Below are positions 28,207-38,491 of a stretch of 64,000 nt of DNA, one piece after another. Numbering within the stretch: the stretch's first letter is position 1; each line of letters opens with the position of its first letter. The DNA comes from Thermoplasmata archaeon (GTDB taxonomy: Archaea > Thermoplasmatota > Thermoplasmata > Lutacidiplasmatales > UBA184): contig JAKAYL010000002.1 of the NCBI GenBank assembly GCA_021809545.1, positions 2,340-66,339 on the forward strand, given 5' to 3'. The translations under genes were made by a program, and so were the position numbers. The notes beneath the pieces were generated by a model. That model was given only the letters and a program-made list of their open reading frames with translations. It was not told the origin of the DNA and did not search any database.

Positions 28207-31167
28207 TCACTCTATCATGGAGGTACTCGAAGGTACCCACACCAGCACGCCCGTGCCATCGGACACCGCGAAATCATACGAGGGGTCGGAGAAGCCGACG
28301 ATGAACGTCACATAGGACTGGGTCGTGGAGTTCCACATCGAGATCGCCGAGGCGTTCGGAACGAGTGCCGCGAGCGCCGAGGCGTTGGTCGCTCCGCTCA
28401 ACGACCAGCCCACATTGTTCCAGCCGCTCTGGAGGGAAAGCGCAGGGAAGAGGGGCCCCGTCGTGAGGTTCCCGGAGAGCGTCACGGTGAGCGCGAGGGA
28501 CACGTCTACCCACACCCCGCGTCCCGGCGCCACCGCGTACGTCGCTGCGTAGGCACCGCCTCCCGGATAGGAGACGTTCCCGGCTCCTGTCACGTTCTGA
28601 ACGGTGACGGACGTCGTGGCGGCCGAGGAGCCGTAGATCGCGGTCAGCACGTGGAAATACGCCCAGAGGGAGTAGCTCTCGTTCGTGGTGGGGGAGGCGA
28701 CCAGGTTCCATCCCACGTTCAGGTGGAGCGTCGTGTTGACCCCGGAAACGAGGAAGGTCTCCGTGACGAGGAGATGATCGGAGACGTTGTCCTTGACCAG
28801 GAGGTGAACGGTGTACCGACCCGAATTCCAGTAGGTGGTCACCGGTGAGTTGGGTCCTGTCAGACCGTTCGCCACGTTACCGTTGCCGAAGGTCCAGTTG
28901 TAGGAGACGTAGGTACCGCTGCCACCGGACACGAGGGCGTGGAAGGTGGCATTGACCGGCGGGTTCAGATTCCCGGTAAGCGTACTGTTGGTGAAACTTG
29001 CCCCGAGGTCGGGATAGATGAACAGCTTCAGCGAGACTGAGACCGATTCTCCCTGGGTATCGTTGACCGTCAGGTTGACCGACGTGTTGGTGACCACTGA
29101 GTAGGTCTGGAACTCCTGGTTGAGCGCCGAGGTCGAGAGACCCGCGACACTGAGCGTGTTGCCGTTACCGAACTGCCAGGCGAAGGTGAGGCCCGGCACA
29201 CCGCCCGTCACCGAGGCGTTGAAAGCGACGGAAAGGCTGACCTCCCCGGCGGTGCGGTTGGCGACCAAGGTGGGGGTTGCGAGCGCGTTGTAGACGGTCA
29301 AGGGGGCGGAGCTGGTCCCCACCACCCCGACCGAGTCCGTGACGTTCACCCGGAGGGTGTAGGTCCCGGCCACACCATAGATATGGGTCGTGGAGACATT
29401 GCACCCACTCGTGGTGCACGAGGCGAGGAAGAACGACCCGCCTCCAAAGGAGATGTTGAAACTGAATCCGGGAGTCCCGGTGCCTGCGGTCATCTGTGCC
29501 TCGACGGTCAGTACCTCGCCGACGTACGCTGACGAGGTTGCGGGCCCCAAGTATCTGTAGATCGTCAGGTTCACCACGGGGGTCGAGTTGACGACGAGGA
29601 GTCCCATCGAAGAGAGGTTGCTCGTGCCGACGCTGTCACCGGCCCGGGCCGTGGGATGGTACGTTCCGGCGACAGGGTAGGACACACCCGACAGTGTGTA
29701 GCTCAGGACGGAAGGCAGCGAGTTCGTGAAATTGCTGTACGTGCCTGCGCCGGTGGTGATGTTGAAGTAGAGGTAGGGCAGAGTTCCACCGGAAGCGGTG
29801 TCGGTCAGTGCGACCGGCGAATTGATGTCGGTGTAGGTCACGTTCGAGGAAATGGCGGCGTGGAGCGGAGCATTCACGGTGATCCCAAGGACCGCGGCCA
29901 CGGAGACGGCCTGGGCCGAGTTCGTGACGCTGTTGGTGGCGGTGTCGTTCAGGAGCAGGGTGACGATGTACGATCCCGAGGAGGCGTACGCGTGCGTAAC
30001 GGTGCAGATCGCGGTCGCCAAACACGTGGCGGTCTGCTTGGCCCCGTCCCCGTAGGCGAAGAAGAAGGTGTAGGCCGCACCACCCGAGCCGCCCTGGGCG
30101 TCCGCGGTGATCGTGACCGTCTGGCCCGCATCGGCGGGATTGGGGGTGGCGTGGAGGTCGATGAGATACACCCATACCGGCACATGGGAAGGTCCGGCCG
30201 TCTTTGCGGCGGAGTCCGTGACCGTGAGGTTCGCCTCGTAGCTCGCGTTGCTCGGGGCAGTGTAGGCGTGGGTGGTGGAGTTCGTGGCAAGGGAGGACGA
30301 GAGGGACACGCTAGCGCCGGCCTGTCCGAACTGGTAGTTGTAGGTGTAGGGTGCGGTTCCCCCGCTGACGGAGGCGGTGAACGACACCGATTGGCTCTCG
30401 TTGACGGCCTGGGGAGTGTCTGTGAACGAAGAGATCGAGGGGGGAGCGTTGGAGGTGATGGAGAGGCACGGGGTCTGCCAGGAGTCCCCGGCCGAGTCAT
30501 TGACGACGAGCTGCGCGCAGTAGGGACCTCCCTGGGAGTAGTTGTGATCGATGTACGGATGGGCTTGGTTCCATAGGCTGGGAGTGCCGTCTCCGAACTT
30601 CCAACCAAATACGTAGGAGCCGTTACCACCGAGGGTGGGGGCGGCGGTCCGGTTGTTGAAGAGGTGGACCCAGAGGGGGGCTTCCCCCGAGGTGACGTTA
30701 GCGGAGAGGTGGGGCGTCAGTTGCGGATAGACGAGGGAGAGGTTGAGCCAACTGCCCGGTTTTGACGTGACGACCGTCGTGGAGTTGGTCCCGGTGGCAT
30801 TGCCGTACTTGTGCGAGGCCCCGACCAGCGCATCGCCGTTCTTGTATCCGGGGGCGAGCGAGCTCACCTGATACTTGCCAGCGGAATCCGTCACTGCGGT
30901 CTGGGAGGCCGAAGGGTTGGTAGTGTCGTTGATCCATACCGTGACCCCGGCCGCGGCGACCGTGGAGGTATTGGTGTGGATCTTCACGTATCCATAGACA
31001 TAGTATGCCGGAGCGGGGGGCGGAGCTGCAATGCCCTCCGGCGAGACCTGGGAGGAGGCCGTGCTGGCCAGGAGCGCGGCGGAACCCGAGGAAAGGATGA
31101 GACCCCCCAGCACCACCGTAAGAATCAAAATATTCAGTTGTTCCCCAACACCCCAAGACCCCAGCAC
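28207..31167 (-). CDS. Secreted PKD-repeat protein with N-terminal 'YYVYG' and C-terminal 'GWN' domains
   Basis: Signal peptide and many PKD-like repeats; both terminal domains are shared with neighbouring genes. Start uncertain (open to 31254). Confidence 0.85.
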   Translation of the reverse strand: MLGSWGVGEQLNILILTVVLGGLILSSGSAALLASTASSQVSPEGIAAPPPAPAYYVYGYVKIHTNTSTVAAAGVTVWINDTTNPSASQTAVTDSAGKYQVSSLAPGYKNGDALVGASHKYGNATGTNSTTVVTSKPGSWLNLSLVYPQLTPHLSANVTSGEAPLWVHLFNNRTAAPTLGGNGSYVFGWKFGDGTPSLWNQAHPYIDHNYSQGGPYCAQLVVNDSAGDSWQTPCLSITSNAPPSISSFTDTPQAVNESQSVSFTASVSGGTAPYTYNYQFGQAGASVSLSSSLATNSTTHAYTAPSNASYEANLTVTDSAAKTAGPSHVPVWVYLIDLHATPNPADAGQTVTITADAQGGSGGAAYTFFFAYGDGAKQTATCLATAICTVTHAYASSGSYIVTLLLNDTATNSVTNSAQAVSVAAVLGITVNAPLHAAISSNVTYTDINSPVALTDTASGGTLPYLYFNITTGAGTYSNFTNSLPSVLSYTLSGVSYPVAGTYHPTARAGDSVGTSNLSSMGLLVVNSTPVVNLTIYRYLGPATSSAYVGEVLTVEAQMTAGTGTPGFSFNISFGGGSFFLASCTTSGCNVSTTHIYGVAGTYTLRVNVTDSVGVVGTSSAPLTVYNALATPTLVANRTAGEVSLSVAFNASVTGGVPGLTFAWQFGNGNTLSVAGLSTSALNQEFQTYSVVTNTSVNLTVNDTQGESVSVSLKLFIYPDLGASFTNSTLTGNLNPPVNATFHALVSGGSGTYVSYNWTFGNGNVANGLTGPNSPVTTYWNSGRYTVHLLVKDNVSDHLLVTETFLVSGVNTTLHLNVGWNLVASPTTNESYSLWAYFHVLTAIYGSSAATTSVTVQNVTGAGNVSYPGGGAYAATYAVAPGRGVWVDVSLALTVTLSGNLTTGPLFPALSLQSGWNNVGWSLSGATNASALAALVPNASAISMWNSTTQSYVTFIVGFSDPSYDFAVSDGTGVLVWVPSSTSMIE

Positions 31168-31305
31168 GCGGAATCCAGACTTCGTACTTCCACCCCTCTG
31201 GGCTGTTATGACATGGCAAGTATATAATCCGTTCTCAGGAATCCGCCGGGCCAAGGACGAGGGTCGGTCCCGTTCCGGGGGAACTTCTCCCCGTGAGGGG
31301 CCGGT

Positions 31306-31980
31306 CTACTTCCAGAGGAGAAGTCCGCCACGGAAGGCGTTCGCGTTGTTTCCCCGACGGCAACCGGACGGCAGACGGGGGAGCAAGCGGACGTTGCCGC
31401 CGCCGATCACCACATAGTCGGGTTCAAGGGCAGCCCGCAGGTCCTTGACGATCTTCCGGACCTCGGCCCTCCATCGGGAGGGCCCCAGATGTTTCAACCC
31501 GTGCTCCCCGAGATAGTCCTCGTAGGTCTTGTGGTGACGGTAGGGAAGGTGGCCGAGCTCCATCGGCTCAAGGACGCCCGAGACGATCATCGCGGTCCCG
31601 AGACCGGTGCCGAGGCCGAGAAAGAGCATCCGCCCTCCCTCGTAGCTGCCGAGAGCCTGCATCGCTGCGTCGTTCAGGAGCTTGACGGGGCACCCGAAGG
31701 CCTTCTCGAAGTCAAAACCGACCCACCCGTGACCGAGGTTCACGGGATCCTTGACCGGTCGACCGTGGAGGACGGGGCCCGGGTAGCCGATAGAGACCCG
31801 GTCGAAAGGGTGCCCCGCCGTCTGCGCCTTGAGTTCCTGGACCATCGCCCGGGCGGTCATGTGACGGCCCGAGCGGAACTTGACCGGCTCCTCCAACCCG
31901 GGTACCATCGCCTTGATGTGGGAGCCCCCCACGTCGACGACGAGCACCCGCTTTCCCTTGGGCCGCGGGGATGACTTCAC
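31306..31980 (-). CDS. ROK-family sugar kinase (polyphosphate glucokinase-like)
   Basis: VDVGGSHIK, GYPGPV, NDAAMQALG, LGLGTGLG, ELGHL and IGGGN. Confidence 0.88.
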   Translation of the reverse strand: MKSSPRPKGKRVLVVDVGGSHIKAMVPGLEEPVKFRSGRHMTARAMVQELKAQTAGHPFDRVSIGYPGPVLHGRPVKDPVNLGHGWVGFDFEKAFGCPVKLLNDAAMQALGSYEGGRMLFLGLGTGLGTAMIVSGVLEPMELGHLPYRHHKTYEDYLGEHGLKHLGPSRWRAEVRKIVKDLRAALEPDYVVIGGGNVRLLPRLPSGCRRGNNANAFRGGLLLWK

Positions 31981-32747
31981 GAGTCGACCTCGGCCGAGAG
32001 GGAGGGGAGCAGTTCCTGCGATCGGGAGGCCGCCGGGGCATCCAGATACCAGGTGAGGTTTCCTGCCGAACGGATTTGGCTCACGGGAAGGTTGGGATCT
32101 CCCGAGGGAAGGGACCGAAGGACCTGGGCCACGCGTTCCGCTTTCTCGGAACCCGTTACCAGTACACCGACCTCACGGGACGAGGAAAGGCACGTCCGGG
32201 TCAGGCTAACCCGGGGGACGAACGGAGGTTGGCCGGGATGGGGGACCGCCACCGTGCGACGGCCGGGCTCCCCTTCGAGCGGCTGCCCCGGGAAGAGGGA
32301 AGCCGTGTGCCCATCCTTTCCCATCCCGAGGAGAACGTAATCGAAGTCCGGGGTCTCGCTCCCTAGGGATCGGGAGAGCTCCTCCTCGTACCGCAGGGCG
32401 GCCTCCTCGGCCGTGGGTGCCTCACCGGGGATTCGATGGAGGTGGTCCCCAGGGACCGGGACCTTGTCCAGGAGATCCGCTCTCGCTTCCCGATAATTGC
32501 TCTCCGGGTCCTGGGGAGGCACACACCGCTCGTCTCCCCAGAAGACCTCGACCTCACCCCACGGAAGCCCTCCGGGTCCTTGCCCGGCGAGTAGCCGGTA
32601 GAGAGGGCGGGGCGTGCCCCCTCCGCTGAGCACCAGCCGGAACCTGCCCCGGGTGCTCCGTGCGGCGCGGGCTCCCTCGGACAGGTCCGCCGCGAGCCGA
32701 CGGCAGATCGCATCGGGATCCTTTGCGACCCGCACCCTCAGCGTCAT
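31977..32747 (-). CDS. pgl: 6-phosphogluconolactonase
   Basis: LSGGGTP, FWGDERCVP, SNY, LLGMGKDGHTASLFP. Confidence 0.93.
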   Translation of the reverse strand: MTLRVRVAKDPDAICRRLAADLSEGARAARSTRGRFRLVLSGGGTPRPLYRLLAGQGPGGLPWGEVEVFWGDERCVPPQDPESNYREARADLLDKVPVPGDHLHRIPGEAPTAEEAALRYEEELSRSLGSETPDFDYVLLGMGKDGHTASLFPGQPLEGEPGRRTVAVPHPGQPPFVPRVSLTRTCLSSSREVGVLVTGSEKAERVAQVLRSLPSGDPNLPVSQIRSAGNLTWYLDAPAASRSQELLPSLSAEVDS

Positions 32748-34201
32748 AGGTCATTCCACCGGTAGCCGAGTTCCCCCGTGAGTTGGGAAGATTCCGCCGG
32801 ACCCGCGCTGCCCGGCGAATACTTGTGGACCGGGGGAGGGTGGGAGAGGATAGCGTCGTAGAGGCGCCAGGACTCCTCCACCTCGTCGGCCCGGACGAAG
32901 AGGGTCTGGTCCCCGGAGAGCACGTCGAGGAGCAGCGTCTCGTAGGCGTCCCGGATCTCTCCGAAAACGTCCGAGTAGCGGAACTTCATCCGGTGGGTCT
33001 GGGTCCGGGTCGCCTCTCCGGGCACCTTGATCTCGAAGGCAAGATCGAACCCCTCGTCGGGCTGAAGGATGATGGAGAGCCGGTCGGGGTTCACCTCGTA
33101 CTCCTCCGATAGCTGGAAGAAGGAGATGGGGGGAGCCTTGAAGGTCACGGTGATCCGGGTGGACTTCCGGGGCAAGCGCTTTCCCGTCCGGAGGAAGAAC
33201 GGGACGCCGTGCCAGCGCCAGCTTGCGACCCGGAGACGGATCGCGGCATAGGTCTCCGTCGTGGAATCGGCCCTCACCCCGGGCTCCTCACGGTAGCCAG
33301 CGACGTCCTTGCCGTCGACCTTCCCCGAAGTATACTGCCCGAACACCACGTCCGATGGGCCGGGTCGTTCCACGGAGCGCAGGACCTTGACCTTCTCGTT
33401 GCGGATCGCATCCGCTTCGAAGGCCCCAGGAACTTCCATCGCGATGAGGGTCAAGAGCTGCGTCAGGTGGTTCTGCACCATATCCCGCATCGCCCCCGCC
33501 GTATCGTAGTACTCTGCGCGGCCCTCCACCCCCAGGGACTCCGAGACCGTGATCTGGACGTGCTCCACCCACTGCCGGTTCCAAAGGGACTCGATGAACA
33601 GGTTCGCGAAACGGAAGACCAGCAGGTTCTGAACGGTCTCCTTGCCCAGGTAATGGTCGATGCGGTAGACCTGTTCTTCCTTGAAGGATTGGTGGATGTC
33701 GCGATTGAGGGACTCCGCCGAGGCGAGGTCCCGCCCGAAGGGTTTCTCTACGACCAGGCGGGTCCACCCGGGTCCCCGGGAAAGGCCGGCACTGCCCAAT
33801 CCCTCCATCGCCGGGTGCAGCGCCCCCAAGGGCAGGGCCAGGTAGAGCACGCGGTTGCCCGGGAGCCCGCGGGCGGCTTCGATCTGCCGGATCCGCTCCG
33901 CCAAACGTTGATAGTCCTCCGGGCCCCCCTCACCGAGGCATTGGTAATGGAGGACCTCGCGGCACCACGGCTCGAGGCCTTCGGTCGTCCCGGCCTTCTC
34001 TTCGACGAGATGTTGGAGACCGAGCGCACGAAACTGATCCTCCGATATCGGTTTCCGGGCCGCCCCCAGGATGACGCTCGGTGAGACGATCTCCCCCTTC
34101 TGGTAGAGCTTGTGCAGGGACGGAAGCAACTTCCGCATCATGAGGTCACCCGTGGCGCCGAGGACGACGAAGAGGTGCGGGGGCGTGGTCGGCGTGCTCA
34201 C
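32744..34201 (-). CDS. zwf: Glucose-6-phosphate 1-dehydrogenase (bacterial type)
   Basis: GATGDL, VEKPFG, RIDHYLGKETVQN, RDMVQNHL and RTGKRL. GTG 34201 overlaps the gnd stop. Confidence 0.95.
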   Translation of the reverse strand: MSTPTTPPHLFVVLGATGDLMMRKLLPSLHKLYQKGEIVSPSVILGAARKPISEDQFRALGLQHLVEEKAGTTEGLEPWCREVLHYQCLGEGGPEDYQRLAERIRQIEAARGLPGNRVLYLALPLGALHPAMEGLGSAGLSRGPGWTRLVVEKPFGRDLASAESLNRDIHQSFKEEQVYRIDHYLGKETVQNLLVFRFANLFIESLWNRQWVEHVQITVSESLGVEGRAEYYDTAGAMRDMVQNHLTQLLTLIAMEVPGAFEADAIRNEKVKVLRSVERPGPSDVVFGQYTSGKVDGKDVAGYREEPGVRADSTTETYAAIRLRVASWRWHGVPFFLRTGKRLPRKSTRITVTFKAPPISFFQLSEEYEVNPDRLSIILQPDEGFDLAFEIKVPGEATRTQTHRMKFRYSDVFGEIRDAYETLLLDVLSGDQTLFVRADEVEESWRLYDAILSHPPPVHKYSPGSAGPAESSQLTGELGYRWNDL

Positions 34202-35112
34202 TTTCCCTGCTCCTTCTCGAACGCGTGGCCCCCGAACTTGTTCCGCATCATCGCCAGAAGGCGCTCCGAAAAGGGGTCGACCTCCCGCGAGCGGATCCGC
34301 GCCTCGAGCGCCAACGTGATGATGGGGACTGGGACATCGAGCGCCAGGGCCTCGGCCACGGTCCACCGGCCCTCTCCCGAGTCCGCCACCCAGGGCTTCA
34401 CTCCCTTCAGTTCCGGGCTCTCCGTCAGGATCTGCTCTACGAGCTCGAGCAGCCAAGAACGGACGACGCTGCCGTACCTCCAGATGCGGGCGATCTGAGC
34501 GAGGTCCAATCCGAACTCCTTCTTGGCCTCGAGGACCGAAAAACCCTCCGAGTAGGCCTCCATCAGCCCGTATTCGATCCCGTTGTGCACCATCTTCACG
34601 AAGTGGCCGGATCCGACGGGACCGACGTGGCCCCATCCCCGGTCCGCCGCCGGGGCAAGGGACTCGAGGACCGGCCGCAGCCGGTCCACGTCTTCCTTCT
34701 CGCCGCCAACCATCATGCTGTACCCCTCGGTCAACCCCCAGATGCCGCCGCTAGTGCCGACGTCGACGTACCGGCACCCCCAGGAGCGCACCAGCTCGGC
34801 CCTGCGGAGGGTATCCTTGTAGAAGGAATTCCCTCCATCGACCACGAGGTCCCCCGCCGAGAGGTTCGGCTTCAGCTGGGAAAGCACCTCATCGACCGCG
34901 GCGCCCGAGGGCACCATGAGCCACACCACCCTGGGAGAAGGGAGCTTGGCCATGAGTTCGGGGAGGGAGGCCGAGCCCACCATCCCCTTCGAAACAAAGC
35001 TGGCGACGAGTTCCGGCCGTCGAGCGAAGCCCACCACCCGGTGCCCTCCTTGGATCAGCCGTAGCACCATGTTCCCGCCCATCTTCCCCAGTCCTATCAT
35101 TCCTAGTTCCAT
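34198..35112 (-). CDS. gnd: 6-phosphogluconate dehydrogenase, decarboxylating (short type)
   Basis: GMIGLGKMG, DGGNS, DVGTSGG, GHFVKMVHNGIEYG, DSGEGRWT and RNKFGGH. Confidence 0.95.
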   Translation of the reverse strand: MELGMIGLGKMGGNMVLRLIQGGHRVVGFARRPELVASFVSKGMVGSASLPELMAKLPSPRVVWLMVPSGAAVDEVLSQLKPNLSAGDLVVDGGNSFYKDTLRRAELVRSWGCRYVDVGTSGGIWGLTEGYSMMVGGEKEDVDRLRPVLESLAPAADRGWGHVGPVGSGHFVKMVHNGIEYGLMEAYSEGFSVLEAKKEFGLDLAQIARIWRYGSVVRSWLLELVEQILTESPELKGVKPWVADSGEGRWTVAEALALDVPVPIITLALEARIRSREVDPFSERLLAMMRNKFGGHAFEKEQGK

Positions 35113-35142
35113 CGTTTTACCTCCTTAGTTGGATCCTCAAGA

Positions 35143-35751
35143 TCATACCACCCCGGCCGTGGCGAGCTCCTCCCCGAGCATCTCGGGGTTCCGCACCAGG
35201 AGCGTCTGCATCCCCAGACGGGAGGCAGCCGTAACATTCTCCGGGCGGTCGTCAAGAAAGAGGCACTCTCCGGGCGCCCGTTGGGTGACCCCCAGGGCCA
35301 CGCGGAAGGCTTCCGGTTCCGGCTTCCTCCATCCCGTGTAGCACGAGCTGAAGAAGAGGGAGAAGAACTCCCGTAGCCCGAACCGCTCGATACGGAACTC
35401 GTTCAATTCCTTCGACTCATTGCTCAGGGCAGCCATCGTGTAGCGGCCGCTCCGGGCCAGCTTGCGCACGCTTTCCAACGCCGAGGGATGAGGGGCAGAC
35501 TGCCCGAAGAAGAACTCGCGGAAGTCTTTTTGGGAGAGGGTGGAAGCATCCGTGTCGAGAACCTCCCGCAGGTAGTCCTCAAGGGAGAGATGACCGCGTT
35601 CGAAGGAATCCACGAGACGGGCATGCCGCGCCTCAAAGCGAACGGGATCCAGGCCAAACCGCTGGCAGGCCTTGAGCCGACGGTCGCGGTCCCAAGCATT
35701 GGAAAGCAGGACCCCACCGATGTCGAAGAAGAGCGCGGAGATCTCAGCCAT
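35143..35751 (-). CDS. HAD-family phosphatase
   Basis: FFDIGGVL, LSN, RKPEP and FLDDRPENV. Confidence 0.88.
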   Translation of the reverse strand: MAEISALFFDIGGVLLSNAWDRDRRLKACQRFGLDPVRFEARHARLVDSFERGHLSLEDYLREVLDTDASTLSQKDFREFFFGQSAPHPSALESVRKLARSGRYTMAALSNESKELNEFRIERFGLREFFSLFFSSCYTGWRKPEPEAFRVALGVTQRAPGECLFLDDRPENVTAASRLGMQTLLVRNPEMLGEELATAGVV

Positions 35752-38491
35752 GGAGCAGCTCCCGGAACGATCCGAGCCCCTGCGCCGACTCACGGCCGAT
35801 ATCGATCCGCAAGATCCGCCGCCCCTTCGACTGGAGGGCCAAGTAATCTCCGACCGATTGGGCCTGCACGATCTGTCCGAACGAGTAGTTTTCCCCGGGG
35901 ACGGGTTCGTCCTCCCCCGGAGGGTCGACGATCTGCAGGAAGACCCCCGTGGGCGGGCCCCCCTTGTGCAATTGTCCCGTCGAGTGCAAGAAGCGGGGAC
36001 CGTAGCCCACCGTGGTCGCCAGGTGGTACCGTAGGAGAAGATCCCGGCGGATCCCTTGAAGGAGAGCATCGTTGGACGGTTCGGGGGGAAGGAAGGCCTG
36101 CAAGGCGATGTAGTCTCCCGCGTGCGTCGTTCCCATCAGCGCTTGGAAGGCGGAACGCAAGGGAGCGGGCTCGTTGACCGGAACTGTGCGCACGGCTTCC
36201 CCGCGGTCCTTGCCTGGGCTCGCATCCATGGCTTTGCGGGCCAGTTGTTTGGCCAGCTCAACGTCCGGCTGGTCGTAGGGATCGATCCCCAGGACGGTAC
36301 CGGACAGTGCGACGGCCACCTCCCACCGGAAGAACTCCTGTCCGAGGTTCGCGAGCTCTGAGAGACGTACCCGCACCACGGGATGGCCCGCGGTCTCGAG
36401 GGCCGAGAGGTGACTCTCCAAGGCTTCCGTTCCCCCTTCCGGGCCGGAGAACGAGACGAAGACACGATCGGGGCCGTAGCACTCGGGACCCGCCAGGGGC
36501 TCGTCGACCACGGGGAGGATCCCCCGCCCGTTCTTCCCAGTGCTCTCCGCGAAGAGCTGCTCCAGCCAGACCGGGAATGCCGCCAGGCGCCCGGTGCCAT
36601 AGAGGGTCAGCTTGTCCCGCCCGTGCAAAGCGAGTTCCCCGAGGGCGGCTCCGAGCCGGATCCCTGGGTTCTCTTCGGGAGGGACGCAGGCGGCACATCC
36701 CTCGGCCATGGCCCATGCCTGGCCGAGCACGCGCCGCACGTCGACCCCCGTGAGCGCCGCAGGCACGAGCCCGAAATGCGTGAGGGCCGAGTACCGGCCT
36801 CCCACCGTGGCGACCGCGTGAAACACTTTCCGGAATCCCTGTTCCGTGGCCAGGGTCGAGAGGGGCGTGCCCGCGTCCGTGATCGCCACGAAGTTGTGGT
36901 CGGGAGAGGAGGACTGCTTCCCGACCTTCTCCCGGAAGTACCGGTAGAAGGACAGCGTCTCGAGAGTGGTTCCCGATTTGCTGGAGACCAGGAAGAGCGC
37001 GGCGGCAGGGTCGATGGATGCGGCCAGGGAGCGCACCGCCAGCGGATGCGTGCTGTCGAGGACGGCGAGAGAGGGAAACCCCGGACGGGATCCGAACACT
37101 CCTTGAAAGACCTTGGGGGCCAGGCTCGAACCGCCCATGCCCAGGAGGACGATGTGCTTCGTCCCTTCCTGCCGGACCTCGTCGGCAAACCGCTCGAGAG
37201 TGGTCAGCTCCTCCTGCATGTCCGCCGGGAGATGGAGCCAGCCGGTCCGCTCCCGCACATCCTTCGCAGGAGCTGCGGGCCAGAGCGACGGGTCCGGGTG
37301 CCAGAGTCGAGCGGAGACCTGCTGGGAGCCCCACGTCTTCAGACGCTCCTCAACGGTCGCGGAATAAGTTCCAAGATGGAGGGAGAGGGGATCCTCTTCC
37401 TCGGTGAGGATCTTCCGGCGCTTCGCCTCCAGCGCCTCCAAGAGCAGTCGGTAGGATTCCGCGAAGTCGGCGAGTCCCTCGACCTGGAGACGCTCGAGGA
37501 TCGGTTCGAGCTCGACACCCAGGGCTTCCGTCTGGCGAAGGATCCTCTGGGCCTCTTCCAGTCCCGACTCCACGGCGCCCGACTGCAGGATGCCATGGTC
37601 TTCGAAGGCCGAAAGGGTCCGGGGGGGGATGGTGATGACCGTCTGGGGACCGATCAGCCCTTCGACGTAGTAGGTGTCGCGGCCGGAGGGGTCCTTCATG
37701 CTCACGCTGGCCCAGAGGATGCGCTGCGGCCGTCCTCCCCCCGCAGTGCCCGAGGGGCCCGAAGCGAAGATCTCCCGGTACCGTTGGTAGATGCCCTTGG
37801 CGTACGCCACGGCGACCTTTCCCTTCACCTCGGCGATGCGGGGATCCGTCCGGCCGTCTAGTTCGCGGGCAACGGCCGCGTCCACGCGGCTCACGAAGAG
37901 GGAGGCCACGGAAGCGACGGGATGGGAAGTCCCGGAATGGGAGCGTCCGCGGAGGTAGGCCTGGGCCACGGCCTCGTACTGAGATCGGGAGAAGAGCAGC
38001 GTCGCGTTGACCGGGATCCCTTCCCCGACAAGTCGTTCGAGGGCCATCGCCCCTTCCTTGGTGCTGGGCACCTTGATCATCACGTTGGGACGGCCGACCG
38101 AATCCCACAGATGGTGGGCGGCCCGCACCGTGCCCTCGACATCGTGCTCGAGGCCCGGGGCCACCTCGAGGCTCACATAGCCGTCCTCTCCCCCGGTCCG
38201 GTCGAAGACGGGGCGCAGGAGGTCCGCGGCTTCCCGCACATCCTCGACCGCCAGCCGCTCGTACAGCACCGAGGCGGGGAGGGAAGGGTCCTTGGAAAGG
38301 AGGGCGCGGAGACCCTCATCGTAGTCCTTGCTACCGACGATCGCCTTCTCGAAGATCGTCGGGTTGGACGTGACGCCGAGGATCCCCTGGGAGATCTGCT
38401 GCACCAACTCTCCGCTGCGGACGGAGCCTCGTCGGATGTAGTCCAGCCAGGGGGATTGTCCTGCGTTTCGGAGGGCGACCAGGGACGTCAC
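35744..38491 (-). CDS. tal-pgi: Bifunctional transaldolase/phosphoglucose isomerase
   Basis: [23 protein letters not shown] and SLFVSRVD; then [37 protein letters not shown] and [10 protein letters not shown]. Confidence 0.93.
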   Translation of the reverse strand: MTSLVALRNAGQSPWLDYIRRGSVRSGELVQQISQGILGVTSNPTIFEKAIVGSKDYDEGLRALLSKDPSLPASVLYERLAVEDVREAADLLRPVFDRTGGEDGYVSLEVAPGLEHDVEGTVRAAHHLWDSVGRPNVMIKVPSTKEGAMALERLVGEGIPVNATLLFSRSQYEAVAQAYLRGRSHSGTSHPVASVASLFVSRVDAAVARELDGRTDPRIAEVKGKVAVAYAKGIYQRYREIFASGPSGTAGGGRPQRILWASVSMKDPSGRDTYYVEGLIGPQTVITIPPRTLSAFEDHGILQSGAVESGLEEAQRILRQTEALGVELEPILERLQVEGLADFAESYRLLLEALEAKRRKILTEEEDPLSLHLGTYSATVEERLKTWGSQQVSARLWHPDPSLWPAAPAKDVRERTGWLHLPADMQEELTTLERFADEVRQEGTKHIVLLGMGGSSLAPKVFQGVFGSRPGFPSLAVLDSTHPLAVRSLAASIDPAAALFLVSSKSGTTLETLSFYRYFREKVGKQSSSPDHNFVAITDAGTPLSTLATEQGFRKVFHAVATVGGRYSALTHFGLVPAALTGVDVRRVLGQAWAMAEGCAACVPPEENPGIRLGAALGELALHGRDKLTLYGTGRLAAFPVWLEQLFAESTGKNGRGILPVVDEPLAGPECYGPDRVFVSFSGPEGGTEALESHLSALETAGHPVVRVRLSELANLGQEFFRWEVAVALSGTVLGIDPYDQPDVELAKQLARKAMDASPGKDRGEAVRTVPVNEPAPLRSAFQALMGTTHAGDYIALQAFLPPEPSNDALLQGIRRDLLLRYHLATTVGYGPRFLHSTGQLHKGGPPTGVFLQIVDPPGEDEPVPGENYSFGQIVQAQSVGDYLALQSKGRRILRIDIGRESAQGLGSFRELLHG

